Shown piece by piece: positions 52,145 through 62,487 of a DNA stretch of 64,000 nt. Origin of the DNA: Nitrospirota bacterium (GTDB lineage: Bacteria; Nitrospirota; Nitrospiria; Nitrospirales; Nitrospiraceae). The translations under genes and the position numbers were made by a program. The DNA is taken from contig CAVPGK010000011.1 in NCBI GenBank assembly GCA_963703955.1, positions 224,001 through 288,000 on the forward strand, read 5' to 3'. Below the pieces are notes generated by a model that saw only the letters and a program-made list of their open reading frames with translations, made no database searches and was not told where the DNA came from. Numbering within the stretch: position 1 is the stretch's first letter; every line of letters starts with the position of its first letter.

Positions 52145-52910
52145 CTATGAGACTGATGAATTAAATGGCTTCTGCATGCAGCGGCGCAGCAATCCTAGGC
52201 CGGCCAAGCCAGGCCCGAGCAATAGCAAGGACGTGGGCTCGGGAATGGGGAAAAAGTCCGCTCTAAATTCTACTGGCCCGCCGTACAGCCCGGTCGTTGC
52301 AGAGCCGTGGAACGTGAGACTGCCTACCCCGTCTCCACCAAACGTATGTGCGAGACCAAACCCACCACCCACGAAACCGACGGGATCAGTAGCGGGACAG
52401 TTCAGCTCGCCGATGCGACACAAAAGGAGTCCACCTAACCCGACGGGGAATTGTACCGTGGCCAATGGTTCGAGGGTCGAGGGAAGTATGACCGGCCCAA
52501 GGGCGCTGACTCCCACGCGAAAGAAGCCAGAGCTGAATGGTCCCAGCGGAAATGGTTCGCCATTCACGATGAAGTTGCCACGGGCCCCTCCCCCCGGGCC
52601 AAGTGGGCCCTGAACCTGCACATTCCATGCAAAGATTGACGCTCCAGGAGGTACCGGTTGCCTTAGACGATCCACCAACTGAGTATCATTCCCACCGGAG
52701 CCTTGGATACCCTCGCCCGAGACGGCAAAACTGGCTAAACCGAATTGCTGGTTGAATATAAAAACCCCTTCGTTGATCGTGAACGAGTCGGCGTAGCTCA
52801 TCGCCGAGGACAGGAGACTCAGGGCACTGATCAGGCAGGAGAGGAAAGGACTCTGGTGGGTGGCCGGATTGTTGTTGAAGTATCCGTTGAGGCACTAGAA
52901 AAAGGCTCAT
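52145..52910 (-). CDS. PEP-CTERM sorting domain protein (5' end frameshifted)
   Basis: C-terminal IPEPTSLLLLGPGLAGLGLLRR; signal peptide FLSCLISALSLLSSAMSYA lies upstream of the ORF-track start at 52801 and links to ATG 52910 via two T-run indels. Confidence 0.8.
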
Positions 52911-52962
52911 CGATTCGGTGCCTTCCAGTATGTTTCTTTGACACCGTAATATGGTGGGTCGC

Positions 52963-52985
52963 TATTTCTCAACTATTTTCACAAC
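52963..52985 (+). repeat. Tandem TTTC(T/A)CAAC pair, putative arm-type site (right)
   Basis: TATTTCTCAACTATTTTCACAAC, same 12-bp spacing as the left site. Confidence 0.65.
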
Positions 52986-53064
52986 GGCACTCGCTAGACT
53001 GCTCTGTAACAAATCTTGCACTTGGCGTCCAAGTTTGCAAAAATACGATGCTTCTGGGAAGAGC

Positions 53065-53154
<90 letters not shown>

Positions 53155-53208
53155 CATCACCTGCTGTATGACTATGAGTGGAGCGGGAATGCGTCATCGA
53201 GTTACACC

Positions 53209-53541
53209 GAGAGGGTGGGATTCGAACGGGGGTTCTGAAGGGGCGCACGGTGACACGAATAAGTGGCACCACGTCTGTGCGCGCCGCCGAGGTGCGCGAG
53301 GCGACGAATAAGGAGCCTCACGTTTGCGCACGCCCGCGAGTCGGTGAGCGGGCAGTGTCTTCGTGAGGCGGCCTGGTTTTTCCCCCCTTCATGGGGAGCA
53401 CGCGAGGGGGTCCGCGACGCGAGCAAGAACGAGCGTCACCCTTGCGGACACCGGCGAGCCGGCAGAGTTTTAGGCCCCCCTCCGCGGAAGCGCGAGAGCG
53501 CAATACCCTCGCGCTACTTCGAATTCCCACCCTCCCCGCTA
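53209..53541. repeat. Structured element bounded by inverted copies of the tRNA 3' end
   Basis: 53209-53227 is the exact reverse complement of tRNA 53129-53147; 53518-53541 is a degenerate direct copy; contains interspersed repeat copy 2 (53289-53368). Confidence 0.8.
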
Positions 53542-53750
53542 TGTGTTTCAAGAGTTGTCGTGAAAGAGCATTCCTTCAAACCCTACTTGTTTGACACGGT
53601 CCCAATGGCCGTTGTCTGCAGAACAAGCTTCTACTATTGGCAAATTGACCGGCACTACCTACACGAATTTCAGTCACATCCTACAGACCGGCGGCTCCGA
53701 GAGGTTTACAATGAATGTGTGTGATAGGTGCAGATCCGAGGAGGTTGATC

Positions 53751-54230
53751 ATGCTGAGAAAGTACATACTGGCTCGACCGAACGAAACACCCCCGTACGC
53801 GGCAGAAATCCCGATTTCCTCTATTGGGACCGTCTTCGTCAGCTCAGAAGAAAAGGACCACCCAATCGATCATGTCTTTGACAGCAATCGGGGCCGTGCA
53901 GCCACACGGTGGATCGCAGGTCAGCCAGGCGAGCAGGCCATCATTGTCGCGTTCGATACCCCACAAACTATTCATCAGGTTCATCTAGAGATTGAGGAGC
54001 ACGAAATCAGTCGCACCCAGGAACTTCAGTTGTCGCTGTCAACTGATTGGGGGGTGACCTACCGGGAACTTCTGCGGCAGGAGTACAATTTTAGCCCGCC
54101 GACCACCACGTTTGAGCAAGAAGACTGGACCATACCGGGACAGCAGGTCACTCATCTCCGGCTGTGGATTAAACCCGATAAGGGCGGCAAGGAATGCCGC
54201 GCCTCTGTGACTTCCCTGGCCCTACGATAG
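53751..54230 (+). CDS. Galactose-binding/discoidin-like domain protein
   Basis: RBS gaggagg; SSEE..HPID..FD...WIA..PGEQ, RTQE, RQEYNFSP, LRLWIKPDKGG. Confidence 0.75.
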   Translation: MLRKYILARPNETPPYAAEIPISSIGTVFVSSEEKDHPIDHVFDSNRGRAATRWIAGQPGEQAIIVAFDTPQTIHQVHLEIEEHEISRTQELQLSLSTDWGVTYRELLRQEYNFSPPTTTFEQEDWTIPGQQVTHLRLWIKPDKGGKECRASVTSLALR

Positions 54231-54517
54231 TCATTGTCATTCACGGGAGGCCGTGAAGTAGGGACTATAGGGGCTGGGGCCCTTCGCTCTGAAGCATTGC
54301 CCCCGAACCGAAAAGCGCCATTGGCCCGCATTAGAACGAACCTGGTCAATGGTGGCTTCGATGCCTGCCGGAATATCATCAAACGCGACGACGCGCGGAC
54401 GGTCACCGCATAGGCGATTTGATCTGAGTCATGGCCCAAGATGCCGAATTTGCAACAGTGTCGACCGGCGAGACGCGCTAATCGACACTTCCTTGGACCT
54501 GGGCTACAGTTGGCGGA

Positions 54518-55057
54518 GTGCATCCACCCACCCACCTCATCCTCTCATGGGTCATGGCCCACGGACTCCCGGAACAACGGGATCGGCGTCTTGTGACATG
54601 GGCGGGTGTTGCCCCCGATCTTGATGGACTCACACTACTGGCCGGAATAGAGGCATACGGCCAGTGGCATCACGTCCTGTCGCATGGGATGCTGACGGCT
54701 GTCCTTGTGGCGGTCTTCTTGACCTTCCTCGCCCGCGATCGGCTGAAAGTCATGCTCCTGTCATTTACGACCTTCCATTTGCATCTCGTCTGCGATCTGC
54801 TGGGGAGCGGTGTGCAGTGGCCGATTCAATATTTTTGGCCGTTCAGTCATACCTTCTATTACACTCCCTACGGGTGGGAACTGGATTCCTGGCACAACAT
54901 CACGATCACGATTCTCGCGATTGGGGTCGCCATTCGGCTGGCCGTGGTCTCAGGGCGATCGTTCGGCGAGGCGTTTCTCCCTGCAGGGATGGACGAGGCG
55001 GTAGTGGAAACGCTGCGCCGCCGATTTCTAGGGGATGAGAAGAAAACGGTGAGCTGA
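54518..55057 (+). CDS. Membrane metal-dependent hydrolase (YdjM-like)
   Basis: THL, APDLDG, HHVLSH, HLHLVCDL, FWPF. Confidence 0.85.
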   Translation: MHPPTHLILSWVMAHGLPEQRDRRLVTWAGVAPDLDGLTLLAGIEAYGQWHHVLSHGMLTAVLVAVFLTFLARDRLKVMLLSFTTFHLHLVCDLLGSGVQWPIQYFWPFSHTFYYTPYGWELDSWHNITITILAIGVAIRLAVVSGRSFGEAFLPAGMDEAVVETLRRRFLGDEKKTVS

Positions 55058-55604
55058 AGAACAGGTTCCCGCTCAGGAACAGCGCGGCTTGAGTAAGCCC
55101 TCCCTCCTCCACTCACTGCCCTCCACTTCGGCATAGAAGCTGATCATCAGGTTAGAAACGCGTAGCATGTGCGCCCCGGTTTTGAAAAGATTCGGACTGC
55201 TGGGGTTTCAGTGTGTGCCGCCTTTGGAGGGAACACGCGGGGCTCCGGTCGCCGTCATTGAGTGATGTTCTTAGCGTCCATGATAACTTGTGTGGCTGTT
55301 CGTGAGTGACGCAATTTCAATGGGTTCTGTGTCATCGGGAAAAGCGCCACCGGGGCAAGGCCGCATGCCGCTCGCTGGCGGAGCGCCCATCTGGGGTCAG
55401 CTTCGCCCCTCGCGCCTGCCCGACCTTTCCGGCGGCCTCCCGCAGGTGCTCATCTTATAGACTGTCTTAGGTCTCGCCATAGCCGCATCCATAATCCTTT
55501 CGGCCTAATACCAGTAATATATTTTTCAGGCCCTCTTGACACTTTCTATCATGGTGCGCATGATACAGGTATTTTGTACTACTCATGCAACGAGGCAATG
55601 CACC

Positions 55605-55968
55605 GTGCGACGCCTCATCGTGCTCTTCCTCCTGCTTCTCAACACCCTCGGGACGACCGCCAGTTGGACGAGTTTCTATTGCTTAGTCCGCATTCCCAAC
55701 TTCATGGTGGATTCCTTAGGGTTTGAAGTGGGAGCGCTCAGGGGTTGTCGCAAGTGGACTATGACTTTCTGCATGGCGATGAGCAAACAACGGCCGTTAG
55801 GGCAGGTGGCAGTTTGCGACGTTTGATTTCATCGATGGGGCGTATGCCGCCACGAGGTTGCGCGTGGATTTCGCCCCGCAACTGCCAGGTGTGCCGGAGC
55901 TGGGGAACCTCGGGCAGCTACTGACGGGTATAGTGGGCCTGAGCCTGTTTCGGCGAAACCTCTACTGA
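55605..55968 (+). pseudogene. Cryptic PEP-CTERM-like small protein with two G-run frameshifts
   Basis: Signal peptide VRRLIVLFLLLLNTLGTTAS and, in another frame, C-terminal VPELGNLGQLLTGIVGLSLFRRNLY*. Confidence 0.6.
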
Positions 55969-55996
55969 TGACAACAGGCGTTATTTGGAGTCAACG

Positions 55997-56236
55997 ATGA
56001 CACTCACAAATCGCGAACGAGACATTATCCAGCTCTTGGCCAAGGGCTTCGTGCAGAAGGAAGTGGCCGATCACCTGCATATCAGTGTGCAAACCGTCAA
56101 GGCGCATCTGACCAACGCCCGCGGGCGGAACGGCGCCCGGACCACTATCGCGCTCGTCATGGCTGCGCGGGAGAGCGGCATGATGGGGCACGGGCTCACG
56201 TGGGCGTGGTCCGGCCTGGGGAATGGCCACTCGTAA
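55997..56236 (+). CDS. Stand-alone LuxR-type HTH protein
   Basis: LTNRERDIIQLLAKG...KEVADHLHISVQTVKAHL. Confidence 0.85.
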   Translation: MTLTNRERDIIQLLAKGFVQKEVADHLHISVQTVKAHLTNARGRNGARTTIALVMAARESGMMGHGLTWAWSGLGNGHS

Positions 56237-56530
56237 AGAAGGTCGCCCCTGAGCCTGTTCGGGGTCTATCAGGACTTCCGCGTCGGCGCTTGCCGTCACA
56301 CCATTGTTCCTGGAAAAAACCTTGATCATCGCGCGAGATTGACTCCGCCCAATTGCTTACAGCAGTAAAGATCGTTCTGAGATTGGTGAATCCCCTGCAT
56401 AGCGTAGCACCGGACCACTCACCCTGCTCGCGGCCGGTGATAGACGCGTTCCGCTCGCTGCCTCTATACTCAGTCAGCGGCTAAGGCAGCCACCGGCTGC
56501 GGCAGACGAACTATCACGCACAATGACGAG

Positions 56531-56761
56531 CTACTTGGCAGGCAAGAGCATGTACAACGTGATTGGGATCACAACGGCCGCCGCCCATGTAACTGGCTTC
56601 TTGTGAAACACATCGTGCACGCCGTAAATGAGAATCGCTGCGATGGTAGCAAAATAGATGAATGCGTTCCCTCGTGAATATCCATGGGACTCTTCCGCCC
56701 AAGCAACACATGGCATGACGACCCACAGCACACTCCACAGACCGGCCACCATTCGTTTCAT
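56531..56761 (-). CDS. Small membrane protein
   Basis: RBS aggagg, signal peptide plus two TM segments. Confidence 0.7.
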   Translation of the reverse strand: MKRMVAGLWSVLWVVMPCVAWAEESHGYSRGNAFIYFATIAAILIYGVHDVFHKKPVTWAAAVVIPITLYMLLPAK

Positions 56762-57146
56762 AGTGTCCTCCTAGGAAAGGGATTTCTTGCCATTACTGTG
56801 AACGTTCCCCCCACTGCCTTCTAAGGCAGTTATCAACGAGGCCAGAAATCGATATGTTTCCTGTCCCTCTACGGGAAAAGCTCGATCGTAGCATGATCCT
56901 CTCGACCGTGGTTGTCAAATAATTTTGGCTTACCGGTCCCGGGCATGAGTCATCACTTAGCTTGGTAGTACCGGCCTCCTCTGTGATCGTGGCGGCCGGA
57001 TAGCAGTGATTCTCCACGTTACCTCTTGCACCAAAGAGCAAGAGACGAAGGCTGAGCAGTTTCTTGACAGCTCTCCATGCCGCTGGCACACTGTCGTTGT
57101 TCGCGTCAAAGTATCGAATCGTGCTCATCACCTAGTAAGGAAGACT

Positions 57147-57557
57147 ATGAGAAACATTCGTGTCGCAACGCAGATACTATCGAAGTCCCGAAGCGGTTCG
57201 CTAAAGACTACGACCGTGCTGGTGATACTCCTCTTTTGTTCGTTTACATTGGGCCCTGGTGACTGGGGTGTCGGGACCAGTTATGCCTCTTCACCCCCAA
57301 GTTCCGGCACACCAGCAGGAGCCGGGCTTCATGCCGCGGCGTGGCTATTGACGCTTCCCTATGGTGCGATCAAGGTGGCGTTTGCACTCGGTGGTGGTAT
57401 TGTCGGGGGCCTCACATATGCGGTGTCGGCAGGAAACGTGAAAGCCGCGCAGTCCGTCTGGGTCCCCAGCATGTATGGGGATTACACAGTCACACCTGAG
57501 CATCTCAGTGGGAAGCAAACACTCCGTTTTATCGGCAAATCGGACAAGGCCTCATAA
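57147..57557 (+). CDS. Hypothetical membrane/secreted protein
   Basis: Hydrophobic N-terminus; LTLPYGAIKVAFALGGGIVGG..GDYTVTPEHL. Confidence 0.7.
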   Translation: MRNIRVATQILSKSRSGSLKTTTVLVILLFCSFTLGPGDWGVGTSYASSPPSSGTPAGAGLHAAAWLLTLPYGAIKVAFALGGGIVGGLTYAVSAGNVKAAQSVWVPSMYGDYTVTPEHLSGKQTLRFIGKSDKAS

Positions 57558-57991
57558 GGCATCTTCCGCGGCGAGGGTAAAGTACCTGCCGCAAGGGTGC
57601 CACCCAAGGATGGGCTACGGCGAAGCCCTCAATAGAAAGAGCCACGCCTAACATGGACGTAGCCCCTTCCTCACATCTCGGCAAGCATAATCACTATTGA
57701 ACCGTTCGTCCTCCCCTCCCGCCCACTGTAACTCAATGCGCAGAAGGACTTGCTCAACTCATCCAGGCGCGTTTCGTATCTAATCGGGTATTTCAACGTC
57801 TCTGTTCCGATAAGACCTTGGGTCTCACATCCGACCCAAAGACTTACCTCGCTCCTGGGCCATCAGGAAAATAATCAATTTCCTGTGAAAAACTTCGTAG
57901 CATGCGAGAGCAGCCCAGGAGGCGATGCGAATGATGAAGGACCGGATATCTAGGCAATCAAGGGCGGATAGGCCATGCTCGCAGTCGCAAA

Positions 57992-59530
57992 CTAATCATG
58001 CTCTCTTTGCTGCTGCCAGGGCATATCCTTCAGTGATAGTGCCTTTCTCAGCTTCAGCATGGCGAGTGTATCTCGTTCGCAGTACTTCAGCAGGGCTTCG
58101 CGGAGACGGAGCTTCTCCACCAGGTCCATTTCTTCGAAGACCATCCGGTAATACGCCCGGGCCGCAAGGCCGCCCTCTCGAATCTCGAGATCATCATAGC
58201 TGAGCGACGGCACAACAGCCGGCAAGACCGACTTGATCGAGAACGATCCCTCGAATGACGGATGATAGTAGTGTTCCCGAATAACCAGAAAGAGATCCCA
58301 GAGCCGGCCCACAACCTGCTGGATCTCTTGTTTCATCGAAGGGAACAGCTCCGCTAATCGTTCGAGGATGGATCGCTCGTAGCCCGAATACACACAGATG
58401 CTGCCTTCCTGACCCAACGACCGCAGGAGTTCGATGACCAGTTCCTCGCGGGCGTCCCTGGGCTCCATGCACAGATGCTCATCATGGCGCACATGTCCGT
58501 CGTCCATCTCAATATGGTTCGACCATTGCGTGGGAATCGTCTGGTAAGGTCGGGTCATCGGAAACTTCGGGACAGCAGGCATGAACGTCTCAAAATCAAG
58601 ATGGTGCACTGGGTAGCGCACGCTTTGCAGCGCTGTCTTCAATCCCTGACCGATCCATTCCACATTGTCCCGCATCCGGCGTTGAGGAATGGACAGACTA
58701 ACACCGGCCGGGATGTCGTCGATTGTTTCGATTCCCTGCTGGAATAAGCGTCGTGACAGGCGATCGTCACCAGGCAGATAGTAGACCCAGCGCTTGGTCT
58801 TGTCTTTGGTGCAATGGTCCCAGAATGGGCAGGCGTACGGTTGATGGCAATGACTGTCCGGCTCAATCTCAGGAGCGCAAGGACGGGCCAACATGGTTTT
58901 CATGTCTCCCAGGCGGGCGACCAGGGCCGGCTGTCTGGCCGCCACTACGGCAGTGAGGTCTTGCAGGGCAAACAGTTGATCGAGATCAGTCTCCCCTCCC
59001 GTAAATACGTATTGAGTGTTGATGCGCATAAGGCAAGATTCGGCCAGAACGACACCCGTTCCTACTAGCACATGGGTCTGGATCGCCAGGTCATCCACGT
59101 ACACCTCTTTGACTTTGGTCGAAGATTTCACCTCAATCAGCCGCCATGTTGCCCCTGCATCCGACGAACCGTTCACCCGCTCGAGAATGTCGACCCGCAC
59201 GAGGACCTGATCAAAGGCAAAGGCCCCTTCAAAGATGGCGGAGACGGTCGGATCCTGGATGAGGTCTTGTGTGTGCTGCAAGGCATCGGCCGCATGTCGA
59301 CGACCGGCCTCTACTAGGACACCGCCTGGAAAACGCCGTCTGGCCAGGGCGCCGATCTCGGTTCCCGCATCCAGGATGGCTTGGGTGGCATCATCCGGCT
59401 CTGAGGCAAGCTCGGGAGCATGAATTTGCAGATAAAGTCGCTTATGGCACTGCAGACCGGACAAGAACTTTGATTTGGATAGCCGGATCGCCGGAGAAGA
59501 AGCCTCTGAGGCCGTTTCAACGCGGATCAT
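57992..59530 (-). CDS. DUF2779 domain protein (PD-(D/E)XK N-domain plus RNase H-like C-domain)
   Basis: LSKSKFLSGLQCHKRLYL, VRVDIL..IEVKSST, Cys cluster, LDFET..P...RPYQ, SFSIKSVLPA, YCERDT. Confidence 0.85.
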   Translation of the reverse strand: MIRVETASEASSPAIRLSKSKFLSGLQCHKRLYLQIHAPELASEPDDATQAILDAGTEIGALARRRFPGGVLVEAGRRHAADALQHTQDLIQDPTVSAIFEGAFAFDQVLVRVDILERVNGSSDAGATWRLIEVKSSTKVKEVYVDDLAIQTHVLVGTGVVLAESCLMRINTQYVFTGGETDLDQLFALQDLTAVVAARQPALVARLGDMKTMLARPCAPEIEPDSHCHQPYACPFWDHCTKDKTKRWVYYLPGDDRLSRRLFQQGIETIDDIPAGVSLSIPQRRMRDNVEWIGQGLKTALQSVRYPVHHLDFETFMPAVPKFPMTRPYQTIPTQWSNHIEMDDGHVRHDEHLCMEPRDAREELVIELLRSLGQEGSICVYSGYERSILERLAELFPSMKQEIQQVVGRLWDLFLVIREHYYHPSFEGSFSIKSVLPAVVPSLSYDDLEIREGGLAARAYYRMVFEEMDLVEKLRLREALLKYCERDTLAMLKLRKALSLKDMPWQQQREHD

Positions 59531-59651
59531 ACTGTGGAGGAAGCCTACACAGGGCGGACGGAAAAGTCCAGAGCACGTCGTGATGCGCGGACGACGGATC
59601 AAGAGAGGTTGACTCACACGCGTTCATCGGGGTGCTACAAACCGGCTGTTG

Positions 59652-61025
59652 TCAGGAGGCGGAGGTGTCAGTCACGTCACTCTCGGCGAGCGGAACCTTG
59701 ACGAACACATACGTCCCTCGCCCCGGACGAGAGCGAACCGATAGTCGTCCCTGCACCGACCGCACCCGTTCCTGCATACTGATGAGTCCGAGTCCCTGTG
59801 GGATATCGGTTGACTTCACGTTAAAGCCGATTCCTGAATCAAAGACCGAGAGTTGCAGAAACCGCTCGCTGCGGGACAGCCTTACGACGACTTGGGAGGC
59901 GCGCGCGTGCTTCACGACGTTTCGAAGCGCCTCTTGGACCACCCGATACAGGCACGAAGAGATATCCTGCGGCAACGAGTCGGGAAGATTTCGCGGGATA
60001 AACATCGCCTTGATACCTTCCCGCTTGGTGAAATCTTCAACGTGCGATTGCAGAGCCACCGCGAGCCCGAGATGGTCGAGGATCGAGGGATGGAGCTGGT
60101 AGGCCAGCCGGCGGACATCATCGGAGATTTGAATGACTTCATTGCGAAGCGACCGAAGTTGCTCCCGGCTTTTGTCCGGAGACTGCGAGATCCGCCGCTC
60201 GAGCGCTTCCACGTTCATGACCAGCACGGCCAGCTTTTGGTTCAGGTCATCGTGGAGGTCGCAGGAAATTCTCCGCCGTTCCTCCTCCTGAACCGTCAGG
60301 AGCTTTCCGGCCAGCCTACGGAGTTCCTCCCGGCTCGCGTGCAGCGCTTCTTGCGCCTCCTTCCTCTCTCCGATTTCCTGCAGAAGCGCCGCATTAACCT
60401 TGGTCAACTCGATCGTCCGTTCCAGAACCCGGTGCTCCAACTCATCGTTCAGTTTGCGGAGCGCCTCTTCCGCAAGCTTGCGCTGAGCGATTTCTTCCTG
60501 CGCATGCGCCAATGCCTGATCTCGGGCTTCGAGAAATCGGTCTTTGAGTTGATTTGCTGCGACGAGTTCTCGCGTGCGTTCGTCTACCAACTGCTCCAAG
60601 GTATCCGCGTGCCGAGCCAGCGCCTCCTTTTGTTCTTCAACCTGTCGTTTGAGCCGGCGGACTTGGATCGCCCGGTTCAGGGAGGCGATAAAATAATCGC
60701 GGTCGATTGGTTTTTGAATAAAGTCATAGGCTCCCCCGCGCAGAGCCTTGACGGCGAGATCATGCTCGCCATGACCGGTAATCAGAAGCGTGGGGGTGTC
60801 GGGACGAAGCGCGCGGAGTTCCCGCAGAAGGACCAGCCCATCCATGCCCGGCATTTTGACGTCACTGACGATCGCATCGTAATCCGTGACGGCAATGTGG
60901 TTCAGGGCGTCTTCTGCCGTGACCGATGTGTCAACCACCACGTCGAACATCTTGGCCCGAACCGTTTCGGGCAGAGCGATCAGCAAAGCTGGATCATCAT
61001 CTACGATTAAGACACGAGCGCTCAT
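59652..61025 (-). CDS. Hybrid receiver - coiled coil - HisKA_3 histidine kinase
   Basis: LIVDDD, SDVKMPGMDG, FIQKP; EEERRRISCDLHD, QEALRNVVKHA, DSGIGF, GLGL. Confidence 0.92.
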   Translation of the reverse strand: MSARVLIVDDDPALLIALPETVRAKMFDVVVDTSVTAEDALNHIAVTDYDAIVSDVKMPGMDGLVLLRELRALRPDTPTLLITGHGEHDLAVKALRGGAYDFIQKPIDRDYFIASLNRAIQVRRLKRQVEEQKEALARHADTLEQLVDERTRELVAANQLKDRFLEARDQALAHAQEEIAQRKLAEEALRKLNDELEHRVLERTIELTKVNAALLQEIGERKEAQEALHASREELRRLAGKLLTVQEEERRRISCDLHDDLNQKLAVLVMNVEALERRISQSPDKSREQLRSLRNEVIQISDDVRRLAYQLHPSILDHLGLAVALQSHVEDFTKREGIKAMFIPRNLPDSLPQDISSCLYRVVQEALRNVVKHARASQVVVRLSRSERFLQLSVFDSGIGFNVKSTDIPQGLGLISMQERVRSVQGRLSVRSRPGRGTYVFVKVPLAESDVTDTSAS

Positions 61026-61125
61026 CTCGCACCTCGGTTACTCTGATCTCACGCATAAAGAGCGAGAGAAGTCGAGATGGGGGCACCAGTTCAATTGATG
61101 CTACGCTAAACGAGGGGAAGGATCA

Positions 61126-62315
61126 CTAGATTTTTTCTGCTGCCCGAACCTCTGGTGAACCCGTTTCCCCTTGGGATTCGAGTGGAAGGTGAATGACGAA
61201 CCGCGCACCCTCACCCTGACGCCAGGGGGAAAGGGCGATGGTGCCTCGGTGCTCTTTGAGAATCCCATAGGTGATGGACAAGCCCAACCCCGTTCCGGCT
61301 CCGACTTCTTTCGTGGTGAAGAACGGATCGAAAATCCGCTGTTCAAGTTCCGGCAGGATGCCGGGCCCCGAGTCTTGGAACGTCAATACAACGGCCCCAT
61401 CTTTCACGAGTGACTGAATGAAGATGGATTTGGCCGGCGATCCGATGACCGCATCGCGCGCGTTGGTGAGGAGGTTGATAAACACCTGTTCCAACTGGAT
61501 GGCATTGCCGTGGACAACCGGGTCCGCGGGGACAGGTCGAGTTGCGTATCAATTTGATGGAGTCGGAACTGCTCCTGGATGAGCGACAGGGCTTGTTTGA
61601 CCACGTGATTGACGGCAACGGAGGCTCGGATGACCGGGGCCGTGCGACCGAACGTTCGAAGATGCGAAATAATCTCGGTCGCCTTGCGTACCTGCTGCAT
61701 GGCGTTCCGCAGGTCTCGCACGATCTGATTCTGATCGAACTGGTTCATCTCGATATGATCGATGACGTTCCCAACGAAGAGCCCGATGTTGTTCAGCGGA
61801 TTGTTGAGCTCATGGGCGACACCCGTTGTGAGTTCGCCAAGCGTCGCCAACTTCCCCGCTTGGACCAGTTGCTGTTGCTTCTCGCGAAGTTCATGTTCGC
61901 GGCGTTGAATTTCCTCCGTCGTCTCACGCAAATTGCCCATGATGTGGATCATCGCCTTGCGGCTCTGTTCGAGACGAGCTTTCGAGATATGGACGTCTTG
62001 GAGAATGTGGAGGAGCGCCCGACGTGAATTGTCGAGCCGCTTGGTCTGGTGAGCCAACAGACCGCGGTCCTTCTCGCGCTCTTCAAGAAGACGGAGCATG
62101 GCCGTACGCTGCTCTGCCAGTTGCTGGTTGGTCGTTTTCAAATCGCTGAGGAGATGCACCAAGGCTTGGCGCCGCTCCTCGCTTTTCTGTACACGTTGCT
62201 GGAGGACGGTCAGCCGATCTCGCAAGCGTCGATTGTCCTGCTCGAGATCCGCTCGACCGCTCTCTTCATCCTCCCGCGAGTCAGGCCATCTCTCAGCTTC
62301 TTGTACCTCACGCAT
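61126..62315 (-). pseudogene. Cytoplasmic NtrB-like histidine kinase, 1-bp deletion near 61530 (probable sequencing error)
   Basis: GKLATLGELTTGVAHELNNPL, then in the next frame QLEQVFINLLTNARDA, DSGPGI, FDPFFTTK, GTGLGL. Confidence 0.88.
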
Positions 62316-62487
62316 TATGAACGAATCCCCTCTCTGGTCTTTCCCCAGACCCCTGGCGCATCTGTCGATCCCCTTTTTCTTTGAGGGATTTGAGCATAGT
62401 GTAGACCAAGCAACGAGCGGGCTCAATCAGACTCCTACCTACAGCGCAGGAGGAAAAAGGATGACAAGCGCCGGCTGATGTGAAGGC

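Noticed and set aside
53241..53340. CRISPR array
   Set aside because: Two degenerate adjacent units without spacers and no cas genes in the window
55942..55980. Hammerhead ribozyme or fluoride riboswitch suggested by GAAAC...CTGATGA
   Set aside because: Only 5 nt separate the boxes, leaving no room for stems I and III; no crcB-type 5' motif; the sequence is explained as the end of the PEP-CTERM-like gene
55938..56262. CCTGAGCCTGTT direct repeat flanking the LuxR gene
   Set aside because: Only 12-15 bp, and the first copy lies in coding sequence; insufficient evidence for a target-site duplication
57992..59530. Cas4 / CRISPR adaptation gene
   Set aside because: The Cas4-like nuclease motifs belong to a DUF2779 architecture; no array or other cas genes
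59853..61010. Long antisense ORFs (also 19881-20867, 32524-33474 and others)
   Set aside because: Shadow ORFs opposite well-supported genes in GC-rich DNA, with no recognisable motifs
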